Positions 36,116 through 48,445 of a stretch of DNA of 64,000 bases are shown one piece after another. The stretch is taken from NCBI GenBank assembly GCA_009783145.1, contig WRHR01000003.1, forward strand, positions 23,019 to 87,018, written 5' to 3'. The DNA is from Alphaproteobacteria bacterium. Lineage in GTDB: Bacteria > Pseudomonadota > Alphaproteobacteria > Rs-D84. Each line of letters opens with the position of its first letter. The first letter of the stretch is position 1. The position numbers and the translations under genes are program-made. Under the pieces are notes generated by a model. That model was not told the origin of the DNA. It did no database searches and was given only the letters and a program-made list of their open reading frames with translations.

Positions 36116-38626
36116 TTGAAGGCAAGACATCGCCGGGCAATTTATTGGACTATTTTTTCAGTAGCGGCGGCGGCGGTTATGCTGCTGGTGGTCGTTCCGC
36201 CTATGATAAACCTTGACCATTTAAAGCCTAATTTCGAGCGCGCAATCCTCTCCCAAACCGATATCCCCGCAAAGATAAACGGCCATATAAATATAAGCTT
36301 GCTGGGGCGCATAAGCATCAAGGCGCATAATGTAAGCGTCCCGAACGGCAGTATAGATTCCGTTCTATTCGCGATACCGCTGTCAAAAATATTCGATATA
36401 AATACGGCGACATTGGACGAGAAAATCACTATTTCGGGGGCCAGGCTTGATATCGGGGATTTGACCGCGCCCAAAATCGGGGCCGGGATAGAGATTCGAA
36501 ACGCGCTTGTTAATTTCATGGACAGGGATTACAGGATAATCACCGGCGCGCTAAAAAATGGAAGCTTTGCGGGAACCGTGCGCACCGAGCAGCATAAGTA
36601 CAGCATAGAAACCAGGGGCGATCAGTTCTCGGTGCTTAACAAGAACGAGGGACTGTCAATTCGCGGACGACTTAATCAGGGAGGCGGCGCGCACGCGATA
36701 TTATCCATAGATACGAATAACATCAACGCTTGGTTCGATTTTTTCGAACCGAAGATAAACCAGCACGTCGCATTAACAATGGAAGTGGATTGGGACGGCG
36801 GATACGGATTCCGGTTCCAAGACATACATGGAACCGTCGGCGAGGATAATTTTACGGGCAGCATTGATTTACCAGACGGGGACGCCGCGCGGACGATACG
36901 ATTCGCGTCCGATAATATCGACTTCGATTTGTCTTTTCTGCTGACCGGCCGGTCTTTCCTTATGGGCGCGAATTTGGATTTGGACCTCGGCGGAAATATT
37001 AAATTTATGAACACGGTTTACAGGCATGTAAGGCTGGCCGCAACCGGCCAAGGCGACAAGATAATCATAGACAACTTGGAATTTGAAAACGATTCGATCA
37101 AGGGTTCGCTGGCCGGGGAAATTACGGCGGACGGGGCGCATAATCTGGCCTTGCGTTTTTTGCGCGGGAACGCGGAGATATATTGCCTGTTCAACGGCAC
37201 GCCGGAAGTCTGGCAGTGCGACGAATACGAGTACAGCGATAAGAATCTGTTCGCAAGGGGAACTCTGGCAGTAAAGGGGGACTCGTTCGCGGCGGCCTTG
37301 CAATCTCCGGACGCGATGCCCGAGAATTTCGACTTTGCGCGCAACTTAAGTTTCTTGGGCAACAACGGAACGGTATCTTTTGAGTTCGCGAACGCTTTGG
37401 GTCAGATCACAATAAAAAATAAAAAGCAGAGAATCGACTATACCGCGGTTCAAGGTAAAAGCCTGGATTGGCTGGGGGCGGGATTTGAGTTTCTGCCCGC
37501 AAAGATGCGCGATGCGGTCGGCCGGATAACTTGGGACGGCAAGGATATCTCATTCGTGCCAACCGGGGAGCGGTGGGAACTGACCATGCAGGGAAATTTC
37601 TTCTTTCTGTCCGGCATCAGCGCCAAGGAGTTCTTGACCGCTTTTTACCCGACGCTGGAGCTTGGGTTCGCGAATGATTTCCCTTACCATATGTCCGGCA
37701 CTTATTCCAAACCGAATATAAGGGATTTGGAAATCCACATAGCGGACCATATCTTCCGCGGCAGCGCCAATGCTTCGAACATAACCCTGCGCACCGAGAC
37801 TTTGGACCTGGATATGTTTGCGAATCGCGGGTATTTCGACAATTACGAAAAAATGCAGTTTCTGGCCGCCGCGCCGATTACGACGCCGTTTTCGCTTGGC
37901 GGCGCCAGCATTTCTCTGTCCGCCCCCAGCATAATCATGAACGGCGAAGAATATAATAACTTCGTTTATTCTGTGCGCGGCAATACCCAGGACTTTTCAA
38001 TCACGGACGATGCGCGCGGCAGCCTTTTGGTATCGCTTAAAAGAAGGAGCACCAATACCTATGACATTTTGTTAAAGCTGAACCGGTTTGCGTTCAGCGG
38101 GCCGCTGCTGGCCGCCGCCTCGCCGTTAAATATCTCCGATTCCGTGGTTACGGGCCAGGCGCAGCTTATGACGGGCGGGAGAATAGCCTATGACTTTTGG
38201 AATAACTTGAAGGGCGCCGTGGATTTAAGCTTTGACGGCGGGATTCTGAACGGCATAGGCACGGACGCGTTTTACGCGCGCGCGGCAGATATAACGCGAA
38301 CGACGGCCGAAGACGCGATCGCGCATGCGGTGTCCGGGGGCAACACAAGAATAAAATCGTTCCGCCTTTCGGGAGAGTACGAGAACGGGGATTTTCAAAC
38401 CACGCGCAGGTTTCTGCTTAACGCGCGAAATACGGAGATGTCGGGACACCTGCAATTGATTGACGGAATCCTGACGGCGCAAATCGGGATTCTGCTGCGC
38501 GGGACGTCCATAGAGCCCCGGCCCATATCGTTAACCATATTGAAGTCGGGTATGCGCAGCTATTCCTTATCGGAAATGATGAGAGTCTTTGATCCGGAGT
38601 ACTTGGCGGAATTTGTAAAAATGTGA
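36116..38626 (+). CDS. AsmA family protein
   Basis: N-terminal TM anchor, then the LDHLKPNFERAILSQTDIPAKINGHI pattern typical of the AsmA N-domain; 836 aa. Confidence 0.6.
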   Translation: MKARHRRAIYWTIFSVAAAAVMLLVVVPPMINLDHLKPNFERAILSQTDIPAKINGHINISLLGRISIKAHNVSVPNGSIDSVLFAIPLSKIFDINTATLDEKITISGARLDIGDLTAPKIGAGIEIRNALVNFMDRDYRIITGALKNGSFAGTVRTEQHKYSIETRGDQFSVLNKNEGLSIRGRLNQGGGAHAILSIDTNNINAWFDFFEPKINQHVALTMEVDWDGGYGFRFQDIHGTVGEDNFTGSIDLPDGDAARTIRFASDNIDFDLSFLLTGRSFLMGANLDLDLGGNIKFMNTVYRHVRLAATGQGDKIIIDNLEFENDSIKGSLAGEITADGAHNLALRFLRGNAEIYCLFNGTPEVWQCDEYEYSDKNLFARGTLAVKGDSFAAALQSPDAMPENFDFARNLSFLGNNGTVSFEFANALGQITIKNKKQRIDYTAVQGKSLDWLGAGFEFLPAKMRDAVGRITWDGKDISFVPTGERWELTMQGNFFFLSGISAKEFLTAFYPTLELGFANDFPYHMSGTYSKPNIRDLEIHIADHIFRGSANASNITLRTETLDLDMFANRGYFDNYEKMQFLAAAPITTPFSLGGASISLSAPSIIMNGEEYNNFVYSVRGNTQDFSITDDARGSLLVSLKRRSTNTYDILLKLNRFAFSGPLLAAASPLNISDSVVTGQAQLMTGGRIAYDFWNNLKGAVDLSFDGGILNGIGTDAFYARAADITRTTAEDAIAHAVSGGNTRIKSFRLSGEYENGDFQTTRRFLLNARNTEMSGHLQLIDGILTAQIGILLRGTSIEPRPISLTILKSGMRSYSLSEMMRVFDPEYLAEFVKM

Positions 38627-38655
38627 AACGCGCCGACCGGCGCGTTTTTATTTTC
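38627..38655. terminator. Bidirectional rho-independent terminator between asmA-family gene and convergent paralog gene
   Basis: aaacgcgccgaccggcgcgtttttatttt. Confidence 0.7.
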
Positions 38656-38932
38656 TATACGTCCCGTCCATATTCAATTTTATTCCGCGCCGATCGATTA
38701 TGATAACAGCGTCGGGCCCGATAAGGTCGGCGCGCGGCCCCAATAAAATTTTCTTAACGCCGTCCAGGAAATCGCGGGAGAGCTCGCACTTATAAGGCAC
38801 ATATAAAACATCGCCGCGCTTTACAAGGTGGCGAAAGTCGTATTTGTCGCCGTTATGCTCCAACATATACAACTGATACGGAGTAAGCCGCAAGTTTCTG
38901 GCAATACGTTCAAAATATTCGTGGTCTGGCAT
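38648..38932 (-). CDS. Hypothetical protein (paralog of next gene)
   Basis: Shares LTPYQLYMLEHNGDKYDFRHLVKRGDVLYVPY...GPRADLIGPD...GIKL with the adjacent 123-aa protein. Confidence 0.4.
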   Translation of the reverse strand: MPDHEYFERIARNLRLTPYQLYMLEHNGDKYDFRHLVKRGDVLYVPYKCELSRDFLDGVKKILLGPRADLIGPDAVIIIDRRGIKLNMDGTYRK

Positions 38933-38941
38933 CAGGCCCCA

Positions 38942-39313
38942 TTATATAATTCTGTAGAACAGCTTGCGGTCTATGACCTGCCCGGTCGGGTCGGAGTAGT
39001 ACCTGTGTCCGTGCTGGTCGCGGGCGCTGAAAAACCCTGTGCCATAAAGCTTGATCCCGCGTCCGTTGCGGACTAATATTCTGTTTTTTCCGACGAGATC
39101 CGCGCGCGGGCCTGATAAGAACTTTGCCATAAAATTGGAATCGTGGGAATAAGGCGCGTAAAGCACATCGCCTTTCTTAACTAACTTCTCCAGGTCGTAT
39201 TCGTCGCCGTGCCCTTCCAGAATAGATATTTGGAATGGCGACAAGCGAAAATGCTCGGCCAGTTTTTCAATATGTCCAGTGGTAATCATTTCTCTTCCCC
39301 CTGCCGAAACCAT
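38942..39313 (-). CDS. Hypothetical protein (paralog of previous gene)
   Basis: LSPFQISILEGHGDEYDLEKLVKKGDVLYAPY...GPRADLVGKN...GIKL. Confidence 0.4.
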   Translation of the reverse strand: MVSAGGREMITTGHIEKLAEHFRLSPFQISILEGHGDEYDLEKLVKKGDVLYAPYSHDSNFMAKFLSGPRADLVGKNRILVRNGRGIKLYGTGFFSARDQHGHRYYSDPTGQVIDRKLFYRII

Positions 39314-39361
39314 AGCACCGGCAAAAGGAAGAGTTTATAAGAAGCTATTCATAAAGAGTTA

Positions 39362-41155
39362 TCAGTTTTTCTTTCTTATGGAAATATGCACATCGCGCAA
39401 CTGCTGTTCGGTCGGCACGCTGGGACTTCCCATCATCAGATCCTGACCGCGCTGATTTGTCGGAAACATAGTGACTTCGCGCAAGTTCGGCTCTCCCAGC
39501 AGCAAGCATACCAAGCGCTCTACGCCGAACGCGCAGCCCCCATGCGGAGGCGCGCCATATTGGAACGCGGTGTAAAGCCCCCCGAATTTTGCTTTGACTT
39601 CTTCTTCGCCATATCCGGCGATTTTAAACAGTTTTAACATAGTTTCAGGATTATAGTTGCGAAGCGATCCGCCGCCTATTTCCCATCCGTTCAAGACAAT
39701 GTCGTATTGGGACGCCTTCAATTCCAACGGCTTGGACAAATCCAACGTGTCCGAATCGTCCAAGGGCCTGCAAAACGGGTTATGCCCGAACGCAATTCCG
39801 GTCGGGACATTTTCATCCTCTTCGAATTGCGGAAAATCCACAACCCAGCAAAGACGGAATTCTTTCGGGTCTATCAGCCCCAAATCTTCGCCCAGCTTTA
39901 TACGCAGCTTTCCGGCGGCCTTTGCGGCAATATCTCGTTTGTCGCAAACAAAGAAAACCGTATCGCCGACAGATGCGCCGGATGCAATGCGAATTTTTTC
40001 TATTTGTTCCGGCGTTATTTTCTTCGCAACCGGTCCTTTGGCTTCCCCTGCAAACACAATATAGCCAAGCCCGCCAAGCCCAAGCTCTTCTTTCGCAAAC
40101 GCTTCCGTTTTGTCGAACCAAGACCTCGGTTTATCAGCGGTCGCGGGCGCAGGGATTGCACGCACGGTCGCGCCGCCCTTTACCGCGTTTGCAAATATGG
40201 CAAATTCGGAATCGCGGAAAATTTCCGACACATCAGATATTATAATCGGATTACGCAAATCCGGCCTGTCTATTCCGTATTTCAGCATTGCTTCCGCGTA
40301 TGTGAATTGCGGAATTTCCGGATGCAATTTTCCATCCGCGGCGAATTCTTTGATAAGAAATGTCGTGATAGCTTCGCAAATGTCTTGAACATCGCGCTGC
40401 CCGACGAACGACATTTCAAAGTCCAACTGATAGAATTCAAGCATGCGGTCGGCGCGCAGGTCCTCGTCGCGCATGCAGGGAGCGATTTGGAAATACCGGT
40501 CGAATCCGGAAATTTGGATTAATTGCTTCCATTGCTGCGGCGCCTGGGGCAAAGCATAAACCATTCCGTGATGCATGCGCGACGGCACGATGAAATCTCG
40601 CGCGCCTTCCGGCGACGAGGCGCCCAAAATCGGCGTCTGGAATTCGGAGAAGCCCAACTCCCACATCTTATCGCGCATAGCCTTTATCACACGATTGCGG
40701 AACAGGATTTTATGGTGCATCTTTTCACGGCGCAAGTCCAGATAGCGATATTTCAAGCGCAGTTCTTCATTCGTTTCATCATCGCCGAATACTTGGAAAG
40801 GCAGAGGCAGGGACTTTGTTAAAATTTCGTATTTACCCACCTGTATTTCTATGGCACCGGTTGGAATCTTATCATTTACGGCGGCCGGGTCGCGCGCAAC
40901 AACTTTGCCGCGCACGGTAATGACGGATTCGGGATTGATTTTCTCGGCCCCAAGCAGACCTTGGTCCGCAAGGTCCAGAACGCATTGAGTAATTCCGTAA
41001 TTATCGCGCAAATCGATGAATAATAGAGAACCATGGTCGCGCTTGCGATGCACCCAGCCGGAGAGCACGACAGCCTCGCCTACATTGGCGGAGTTCAGCT
41101 CGCCACAAGTATGAGTACGGTATTTGGATTTTAATGATATGGACATTTTCAGCAC
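39362..41155 (-). CDS. aspS: Aspartyl-tRNA synthetase
   Basis: OB anticodon-binding N-domain, class II motifs (FRNEG-like RDEDLRADR, GGGSLR), GAD insertion; 597 aa. Confidence 0.92.
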   Translation of the reverse strand: MLKMSISLKSKYRTHTCGELNSANVGEAVVLSGWVHRKRDHGSLLFIDLRDNYGITQCVLDLADQGLLGAEKINPESVITVRGKVVARDPAAVNDKIPTGAIEIQVGKYEILTKSLPLPFQVFGDDETNEELRLKYRYLDLRREKMHHKILFRNRVIKAMRDKMWELGFSEFQTPILGASSPEGARDFIVPSRMHHGMVYALPQAPQQWKQLIQISGFDRYFQIAPCMRDEDLRADRMLEFYQLDFEMSFVGQRDVQDICEAITTFLIKEFAADGKLHPEIPQFTYAEAMLKYGIDRPDLRNPIIISDVSEIFRDSEFAIFANAVKGGATVRAIPAPATADKPRSWFDKTEAFAKEELGLGGLGYIVFAGEAKGPVAKKITPEQIEKIRIASGASVGDTVFFVCDKRDIAAKAAGKLRIKLGEDLGLIDPKEFRLCWVVDFPQFEEDENVPTGIAFGHNPFCRPLDDSDTLDLSKPLELKASQYDIVLNGWEIGGGSLRNYNPETMLKLFKIAGYGEEEVKAKFGGLYTAFQYGAPPHGGCAFGVERLVCLLLGEPNLREVTMFPTNQRGQDLMMGSPSVPTEQQLRDVHISIRKKN

Positions 41156-41319
41156 CTTTTTGTTTCTTATCCGTAAGCAGGGGCGCTGGATTGTCGCGCG
41201 GTGCCACCCTGTCTTTTATCTTTATTAAAGGAACAAATTTGCAACTCTTGGCTTGTCAGACCCGTCATTATTGTAAATTTATCTTCGGTAATTGTAGCGC
41301 TAAAAAGCTAAAAATCAAG

Positions 41320-41347
41320 TTGATTTTTGGGTTCGGGCTGTTATAAT
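41320..41347 (+). promoter_or_regulatory. Sigma70-type promoter for tRNA-Met (TTGATT-16-TATAAT) with GC-rich discriminator
   Basis: ttgatt at 41320 and tataat at 41342, about 10 nt upstream of the tRNA 5' end; gggccccgctggc discriminator. Confidence 0.55.
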
Positions 41348-41357
41348 GGGCCCCGCT

Positions 41358-41432
41358 GGCGGGTTAGCTCAGTGGTAGAGCAGAGGAATCATAATCCTTT
41401 GGTCGGGGGTCCGAATCCCTCACCCGCTACCA
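41358..41432 (+). tRNA. tRNA-Met (CAT)
   Basis: Cloverleaf: acceptor ggcgggt/acccgct, D-arm gctcagtggtagagc, anticodon loop aaTCATAat, T-arm ggtccgaatcc, encoded CCA. Could instead be the Ile2 lysidine tRNA. Confidence 0.8.
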
Positions 41433-41552
41433 CCCTTCGCGTCTGCGACGCTTCGGGTGGCTCACGCCACCAGAATAGCGAGCAGTGAACCGCGAAGGAG
41501 TGCCCACCGGAGCCTTGGCGAAGGCGGGCCAGCCAAACAAGATTTAATTATC

Positions 41553-41626
41553 GCCCCCTTAGTATAATGGTAGAACACGTCCTTGGTAAGGACGAGGCGC
41601 AAGTCCGATTCTTGCAGGGGGCACCA
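41553..41626 (+). tRNA. tRNA-Thr (GGT)
   Basis: Acceptor gccccct/agggggc, anticodon loop ttGGTaa, T-arm ggcgcaagtccgattc... with encoded CCA. Confidence 0.8.
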
Positions 41627-41645
41627 GGTATTACAAATTACAAGT

Positions 41646-41924
41646 ATGTCTAAAAGCCAACATAAAAATTATTGCGAGAATTACATTGGGTCATTATCTG
41701 AGCTTGCTGCGGATATTGGGGCGATGACACATGAGGCTCGCGCAGAATTATTTAGCGCTTTGGCGGATTATGTGGAAAAACAGCATAATTCGGACATGGC
41801 GCGCGGTCGCATTAAGTATGCCGGAAAATTAAAGGAGATCTTCGATCTTTTAAAACAGATTAAAAAATTAGAAGATGATGCGTGGAATATCTGCAAATCA
41901 AAAACAGAAATAATATCCAGATAA
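41646..41924 (+). CDS. Small hypothetical protein
   Basis: Start at MSKSQHKNY. The ORF-track start at 41583 would overlap tRNA-Thr and is rejected. AT-rich. Confidence 0.35.
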   Translation: MSKSQHKNYCENYIGSLSELAADIGAMTHEARAELFSALADYVEKQHNSDMARGRIKYAGKLKEIFDLLKQIKKLEDDAWNICKSKTEIISR

Positions 41925-42007
41925 GAGCTACGATATAAGGGTTTTCAGATCAGCCCGATAATCGCACAGTATCCCGCACCAGTTTTTTAATCCTTACTGA
42001 TTCAAAA

Positions 42008-42532
42008 ATGAAACCAGGAAAGCGTATTTGCATTCTCGGCGGAACTTGTTCCGGCAAATCTACGCTCGCCATACAACTTGGCGATGCTCTTGGTTATAAA
42101 GTTCTGCATATGGATTGGATATACTATATTCCGAACAACAATTGGGTTCGCGCTCTGCCCGAGATAACAGGCAAGAAACACGACGAATTTATCAGACAAA
42201 ATTCTTGGATAATCGATGGCACATATCGGGAATACCTGCCGAAAAGATTGGCGGCCGCGGATACGGTAATTATTTTAAGGGCGCCAAAAATAATCCGCTT
42301 GTGGCGATTTTTCATACGCGGCCGGAATAACGGCAAAAACCGGGTCGACAAATCGGTCGGGGGTGAATTTAAAGACTTCACATGGGCTCATGTCTGGTGG
42401 ATATTGTTCAAAGAAAGACACAGGAAAAAAGACTATATCTTTTTAAAAGATTACCCGCACCTTAAGATAATAATATTGCACTCGTTTAGAGAAATGGAAA
42501 GCTTTTTGGAATCCGTGCAAACTGCAGCATAA
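42008..42532 (+). CDS. P-loop NTPase (topology-modulation/adenylate-kinase-like)
   Basis: ICILGGTCSGKSTLA Walker A; 174 aa. Confidence 0.55.
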   Translation: MKPGKRICILGGTCSGKSTLAIQLGDALGYKVLHMDWIYYIPNNNWVRALPEITGKKHDEFIRQNSWIIDGTYREYLPKRLAAADTVIILRAPKIIRLWRFFIRGRNNGKNRVDKSVGGEFKDFTWAHVWWILFKERHRKKDYIFLKDYPHLKIIILHSFREMESFLESVQTAA

Positions 42533-42541
42533 ATAAATGCC

Positions 42542-43204
42542 TTACCACTCGATCGGGGGTTTTCCTTGTTCGGTCAGATATTCGTTCGCTTGGGAGAACT
42601 GGTGATTGCCAAAGAATCCGCGCGATGCGGACAATGGTGACGGATGCACGCTTTTCAATACCAAGTTATCCATAGGATTCACAATGTCGGCCTTGCGCTG
42701 CGCATAAGAGCCCCACAATAAATACACAATTCCGCTGCGGCGCGAGCAAGCGCGGATTACTGCGTCCGTAAATTGCTCCCACCCCTTGCCCGCATGCGAT
42801 GCCGCCGCGTGAGCCTGCACCGTCAATGTGGAATTCAATAATAAAACACCCTGCTCTGCCCATTTGGTTAAATCTCCGTTTGTAACCGAAGGCCGGCCTA
42901 AATCATCGCGGATTTCTTTATAAATATTTTGCAATGATGGAGGCAATGCAGTGCCATTGCGCACAGAAAAACAAAGCCCATGCGCCTGGCCGGGTTCGTG
43001 ATAAGGGTCCTGGCCGATGATAACTACTTTGACCTGGTCCAAGGGACACAGGTTGAAAGCATTGAAAATGTCTGCTGGCGCGGGATAAATCTTTTTGCCG
43101 GACAGATATTCTTGGCGCACGAAATCTGTCAGCGCAATAAAATAAGGCTTGTCGAATTCATTCTCCAAAGCGTTCTTCCAAGATTCTTCAATTTTTACGT
43201 TCAT
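42542..43204 (-). CDS. ung: Uracil-DNA glycosylase
   Basis: VVIIGQDPYH water-activating loop, GVLLLN, HPSPLS motifs. Confidence 0.9.
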   Translation of the reverse strand: MNVKIEESWKNALENEFDKPYFIALTDFVRQEYLSGKKIYPAPADIFNAFNLCPLDQVKVVIIGQDPYHEPGQAHGLCFSVRNGTALPPSLQNIYKEIRDDLGRPSVTNGDLTKWAEQGVLLLNSTLTVQAHAAASHAGKGWEQFTDAVIRACSRRSGIVYLLWGSYAQRKADIVNPMDNLVLKSVHPSPLSASRGFFGNHQFSQANEYLTEQGKPPIEW

Positions 43205-43205
43205 A

Positions 43206-43862
43206 TCATACCCCCTCTATCATATGGTTTTGCAGACCTTTCCATAAAACGACGTCGATATATCCGCGCGGAAGGCCGGTTTCGCGGACAAGGTGCGCGA
43301 ACATGGCGCCACATGCTGCTTTGACATCCGGGTCAAGTCTGCCATTATCTATTTTTGATTTTAATTCATCCGCGCCCGCAAAAGCAACGCCAAGTCGTTG
43401 AATCCAAATATCGTATTTTACAATGTCTTCGCCCAGATTTCGCGCAAGATGATTCGCCGTTATTTTTCCAATATGAGGCAAGGACGCCAAGTAAGCCAAT
43501 TTGGAATCCAAATCTGACAGTTGATAATACCAATCGCGGTATACGCCGCGATTCTGCCAGATTTTTAGAATCGCATTTATTTTGTTTTTATTGTTGAAGA
43601 TTTTTATCAGCGCGTCAAACTGCAGCTGGTCATTATCCGCAATATAATCCATTATCTTTTTATGAATTGCCTTGGCGGTCTTTTGGGAAAACCCGCCTGC
43701 AAGAATTACATAGATCGCCTCGCGCGCAAATTCATCTGCTGACAAAGGCGTCTTGTTCTTTAACCGTTCTTTTATAACATCGAACTTTTCAAGGTCGGAA
43801 TTTGCGCCGGCGTCTTGCAGCCGTTGTTCCAAATCAAAAAAGAATTCCCGCGATAGGTTCAT
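43206..43862 (-). CDS. HhH-motif protein, possible DNA glycosylase/repair protein
   Basis: LPHIGKITANHLARNLG helix-hairpin-helix; adjacent to and co-oriented with ung. Confidence 0.35.
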   Translation of the reverse strand: MNLSREFFFDLEQRLQDAGANSDLEKFDVIKERLKNKTPLSADEFAREAIYVILAGGFSQKTAKAIHKKIMDYIADNDQLQFDALIKIFNNKNKINAILKIWQNRGVYRDWYYQLSDLDSKLAYLASLPHIGKITANHLARNLGEDIVKYDIWIQRLGVAFAGADELKSKIDNGRLDPDVKAACGAMFAHLVRETGLPRGYIDVVLWKGLQNHMIEGV

Positions 43863-43864
43863 TC

Positions 43865-44095
43865 TTAATCCGTCAGATCTTTGCCGCGTTTAACAATCTC
43901 CCCTTTGTTCAAATTCACAATCGTTCCGTCTCCCAAAATTAAAAAGTCACGCCCTTCTTTGAATTTCTCGTCATCTTTGGGAATATCTTGATTTGCCGAT
44001 TTCTTTGGCAGGCCGGACTTTTTCGCATACATCTTCTTTTGCATTTTTTGCAATTTCTTCACATTGGTTGTCGCCAATCCGAATTCTTTTCCCAT
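43865..44095 (-). CDS. Small basic hypothetical protein
   Basis: 76-aa Lys-rich ORF between gyrB and the HhH gene. Confidence 0.3.
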   Translation of the reverse strand: MGKEFGLATTNVKKLQKMQKKMYAKKSGLPKKSANQDIPKDDEKFKEGRDFLILGDGTIVNLNKGEIVKRGKDLTD

Positions 44096-44107
44096 ACTTT
44101 GCCCCCT

Positions 44108-46684
<2,577 letters not shown>

Positions 46685-46693
46685 AGATTCAAA

Positions 46694-47269
46694 ATGAAAT
46701 TCAAATTACTATATTTCGGAGAGCTTCGGACCAACCCGAAAAAGCGGTCCCAGCACATCGCAAACATACGCATGCAGTTCCATCCTCAGTTGAAAAAGCT
46801 GGTTGAAAACAGCCCCTGGAACAACATGCAGAAATATATGATGCCGGGGGCCACGAAAAGCCCGATTTCAACTCGGCATGTCGGCGGAATCGACTGGAAT
46901 CCTATTATTACGCCGAACCTGAAGCTGTTGGCGGAATTGGACGTATTGCTGATGCATCCGCAGATAGTGGGACTGGGACGCACCGATATAGACAACAGAA
47001 TGAAGACTTTGCTGGACGCATTGCGCAGCCCTCAGAACGAGCATGAAATAGGCGAGAACACGCCGAAAAATATGGGGCCGATTTATACTCTGCTGGACGA
47101 CGACCATCTGGTTACGAAAATATCGGTTAATACATCGCACTTGCTGGCGCCGCAAATGTTGGGGACCCGGCTGCAAGCCGACGACGGCGAAGAAAAGGTG
47201 TTTTTGCTGATAGATGTGAATGTAAGGGTGGAAGAAGGGAATTTGGAGAATTTGCCGTTTATGGTGTAA
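46694..47269 (+). CDS. Hypothetical protein
   Basis: Start at MKFKLLYF; the upstream ORF-track extension is repeat I2-derived. Confidence 0.4.
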   Translation: MKFKLLYFGELRTNPKKRSQHIANIRMQFHPQLKKLVENSPWNNMQKYMMPGATKSPISTRHVGGIDWNPIITPNLKLLAELDVLLMHPQIVGLGRTDIDNRMKTLLDALRSPQNEHEIGENTPKNMGPIYTLLDDDHLVTKISVNTSHLLAPQMLGTRLQADDGEEKVFLLIDVNVRVEEGNLENLPFMV

Positions 47270-47285
47270 AAAATCCGGCGCTTGC

Positions 47286-47413
47286 CGGATTTTTTAGAGT
47301 AGAAGAGTAACGCCGGCTTCGCCGGCAGAGTAAGAGAGTAGTAAAGTATTAGATTACTCTTTAACTCTCTTACTCTTCTACTTTGCAAACGCGAAGCGTT
47401 TGCGTTACTCTGG
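47286..47413. repeat. Family A element, copy A6
   Basis: agagtagaagagtaacgccggcttcgccggcagagtaagagagtagtaaagtattagattactctttaactctcttactcttctact plus gcaaacgcgaagcgtttgc. Confidence 0.8.
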
Positions 47414-47423
47414 CTTACCGCGC

Positions 47424-48167
47424 CTAGGCGCGGTATAACCCTCCGTTTACATGAATCGTCTGCCCGGTAATATATGACGCTACATCGGAAGCCAGGAACA
47501 GGGCCGCATTTGCGATATCGGACGGCTCGCCAAAACGGCCGGCCGGAATCTGCGCCAAGTACTGCGCTTTCAATTCTTCCGGCAAAACATCAGTCATGGG
47601 GGTTTTGATAAAGCCCGGCGCGATGCAGTTCGCAGTGATTCCGCGCGATGCGACCTCGGCCGCAATGGATTTCGTCATCGCGACGATGCCGCCTTTGCTT
47701 GCCGCATAGTTCGCCTGACCCGGGCCTCCGATTGTGCCGATGATGGACGACATATTTATGATGCGCCCATACCTTGCCTTCATCATGGGAATAATTGCAG
47801 CGCGGCATAATTGAAAAGTAGCACGCAAATTGGTGTTAATCACATCGTCGAACTGCTCGTCCGTCATGCGCATCAACAGGGTATCTTTCGTAATGCCGGC
47901 ATTATTGACCAGAATGTCTATTTTCCCGGCCTTCTCGATGGTTTCCGCGACTAAACGGTCGGCTTCACCCAATTTGCTCAAATCTGCAACAATTGGAATT
48001 ACATTTGCCATTTTACATTTGCCATTTGCCATCTCTTCCAGTTTCGCGGCGTCTCTGCCCGTAATAATAACTGTTGCGCCCTGGCCCGCGAAACTGGAAG
48101 CTATCGCTTCGCCGATTCCGCCTGTGGCGCCGGTGATTAATGCAACTTTGTCTTTGAGTAACAACAT
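47424..48167 (-). CDS. fabG: 3-oxoacyl-[acyl-carrier-protein] reductase FabG
   Basis: KVALITGATGGIG, NNAG, YAASKGG SDR motifs; an extra MANGKCKMAN segment is encoded by a (caaatgg)n repeat. Confidence 0.88.
   Translation of the reverse strand: MLLLKDKVALITGATGGIGEAIASSFAGQGATVIITGRDAAKLEEMANGKCKMANVIPIVADLSKLGEADRLVAETIEKAGKIDILVNNAGITKDTLLMRMTDEQFDDVINTNLRATFQLCRAAIIPMMKARYGRIINMSSIIGTIGGPGQANYAASKGGIVAMTKSIAAEVASRGITANCIAPGFIKTPMTDVLPEELKAQYLAQIPAGRFGEPSDIANAALFLASDVASYITGQTIHVNGGLYRA
48003..48034. repeat. Family C tract in-frame in fabG
   Basis: catttgccattttacatttgccatttgccat encodes MANGKCKMAN. Confidence 0.75.
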
Positions 48168-48168
48168 T

Positions 48169-48444
48169 TCATCTTCCTTCGTTTTCTTTAAAAACAAGCC
48201 TTTCATATTGTCCCGCTTTTCTTCTCGCTTCCTGCCGGGCGCTATGCCTGGCGCCCTCTTCTCCGAACTTCAAAACCTTTTTACTTAATTTCTTGGGAGG
48301 CTTTAGTTTGCTAAACAACTTTTCCCCAAGCAAATCTTTCGTGCTGATCGACAACCGCATTCTACCAAGCTCTTTCTTTGCCGTCTCGATTATTTTGCGC
48401 TTTTTATATTCGTCCTCATGATCCTTTTCTCGGCCGTTTTTCAT
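48169..48444 (-). CDS. Small basic hypothetical protein between fabD and fabG
   Basis: ORF in the 278-bp fabD-fabG spacer; Lys/Arg-rich; uncertain. Confidence 0.2.
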   Translation of the reverse strand: MKNGREKDHEDEYKKRKIIETAKKELGRMRLSISTKDLLGEKLFSKLKPPKKLSKKVLKFGEEGARHSARQEARRKAGQYERLVFKENEGR

Positions 48445-48445
48445 A

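Noticed and set aside
41583-41645. Upstream extension of the small ORF that would overlap tRNA-Thr
   Set aside because: Overlap with a structural RNA gene is implausible. The internal ATG at 41646 is used instead.
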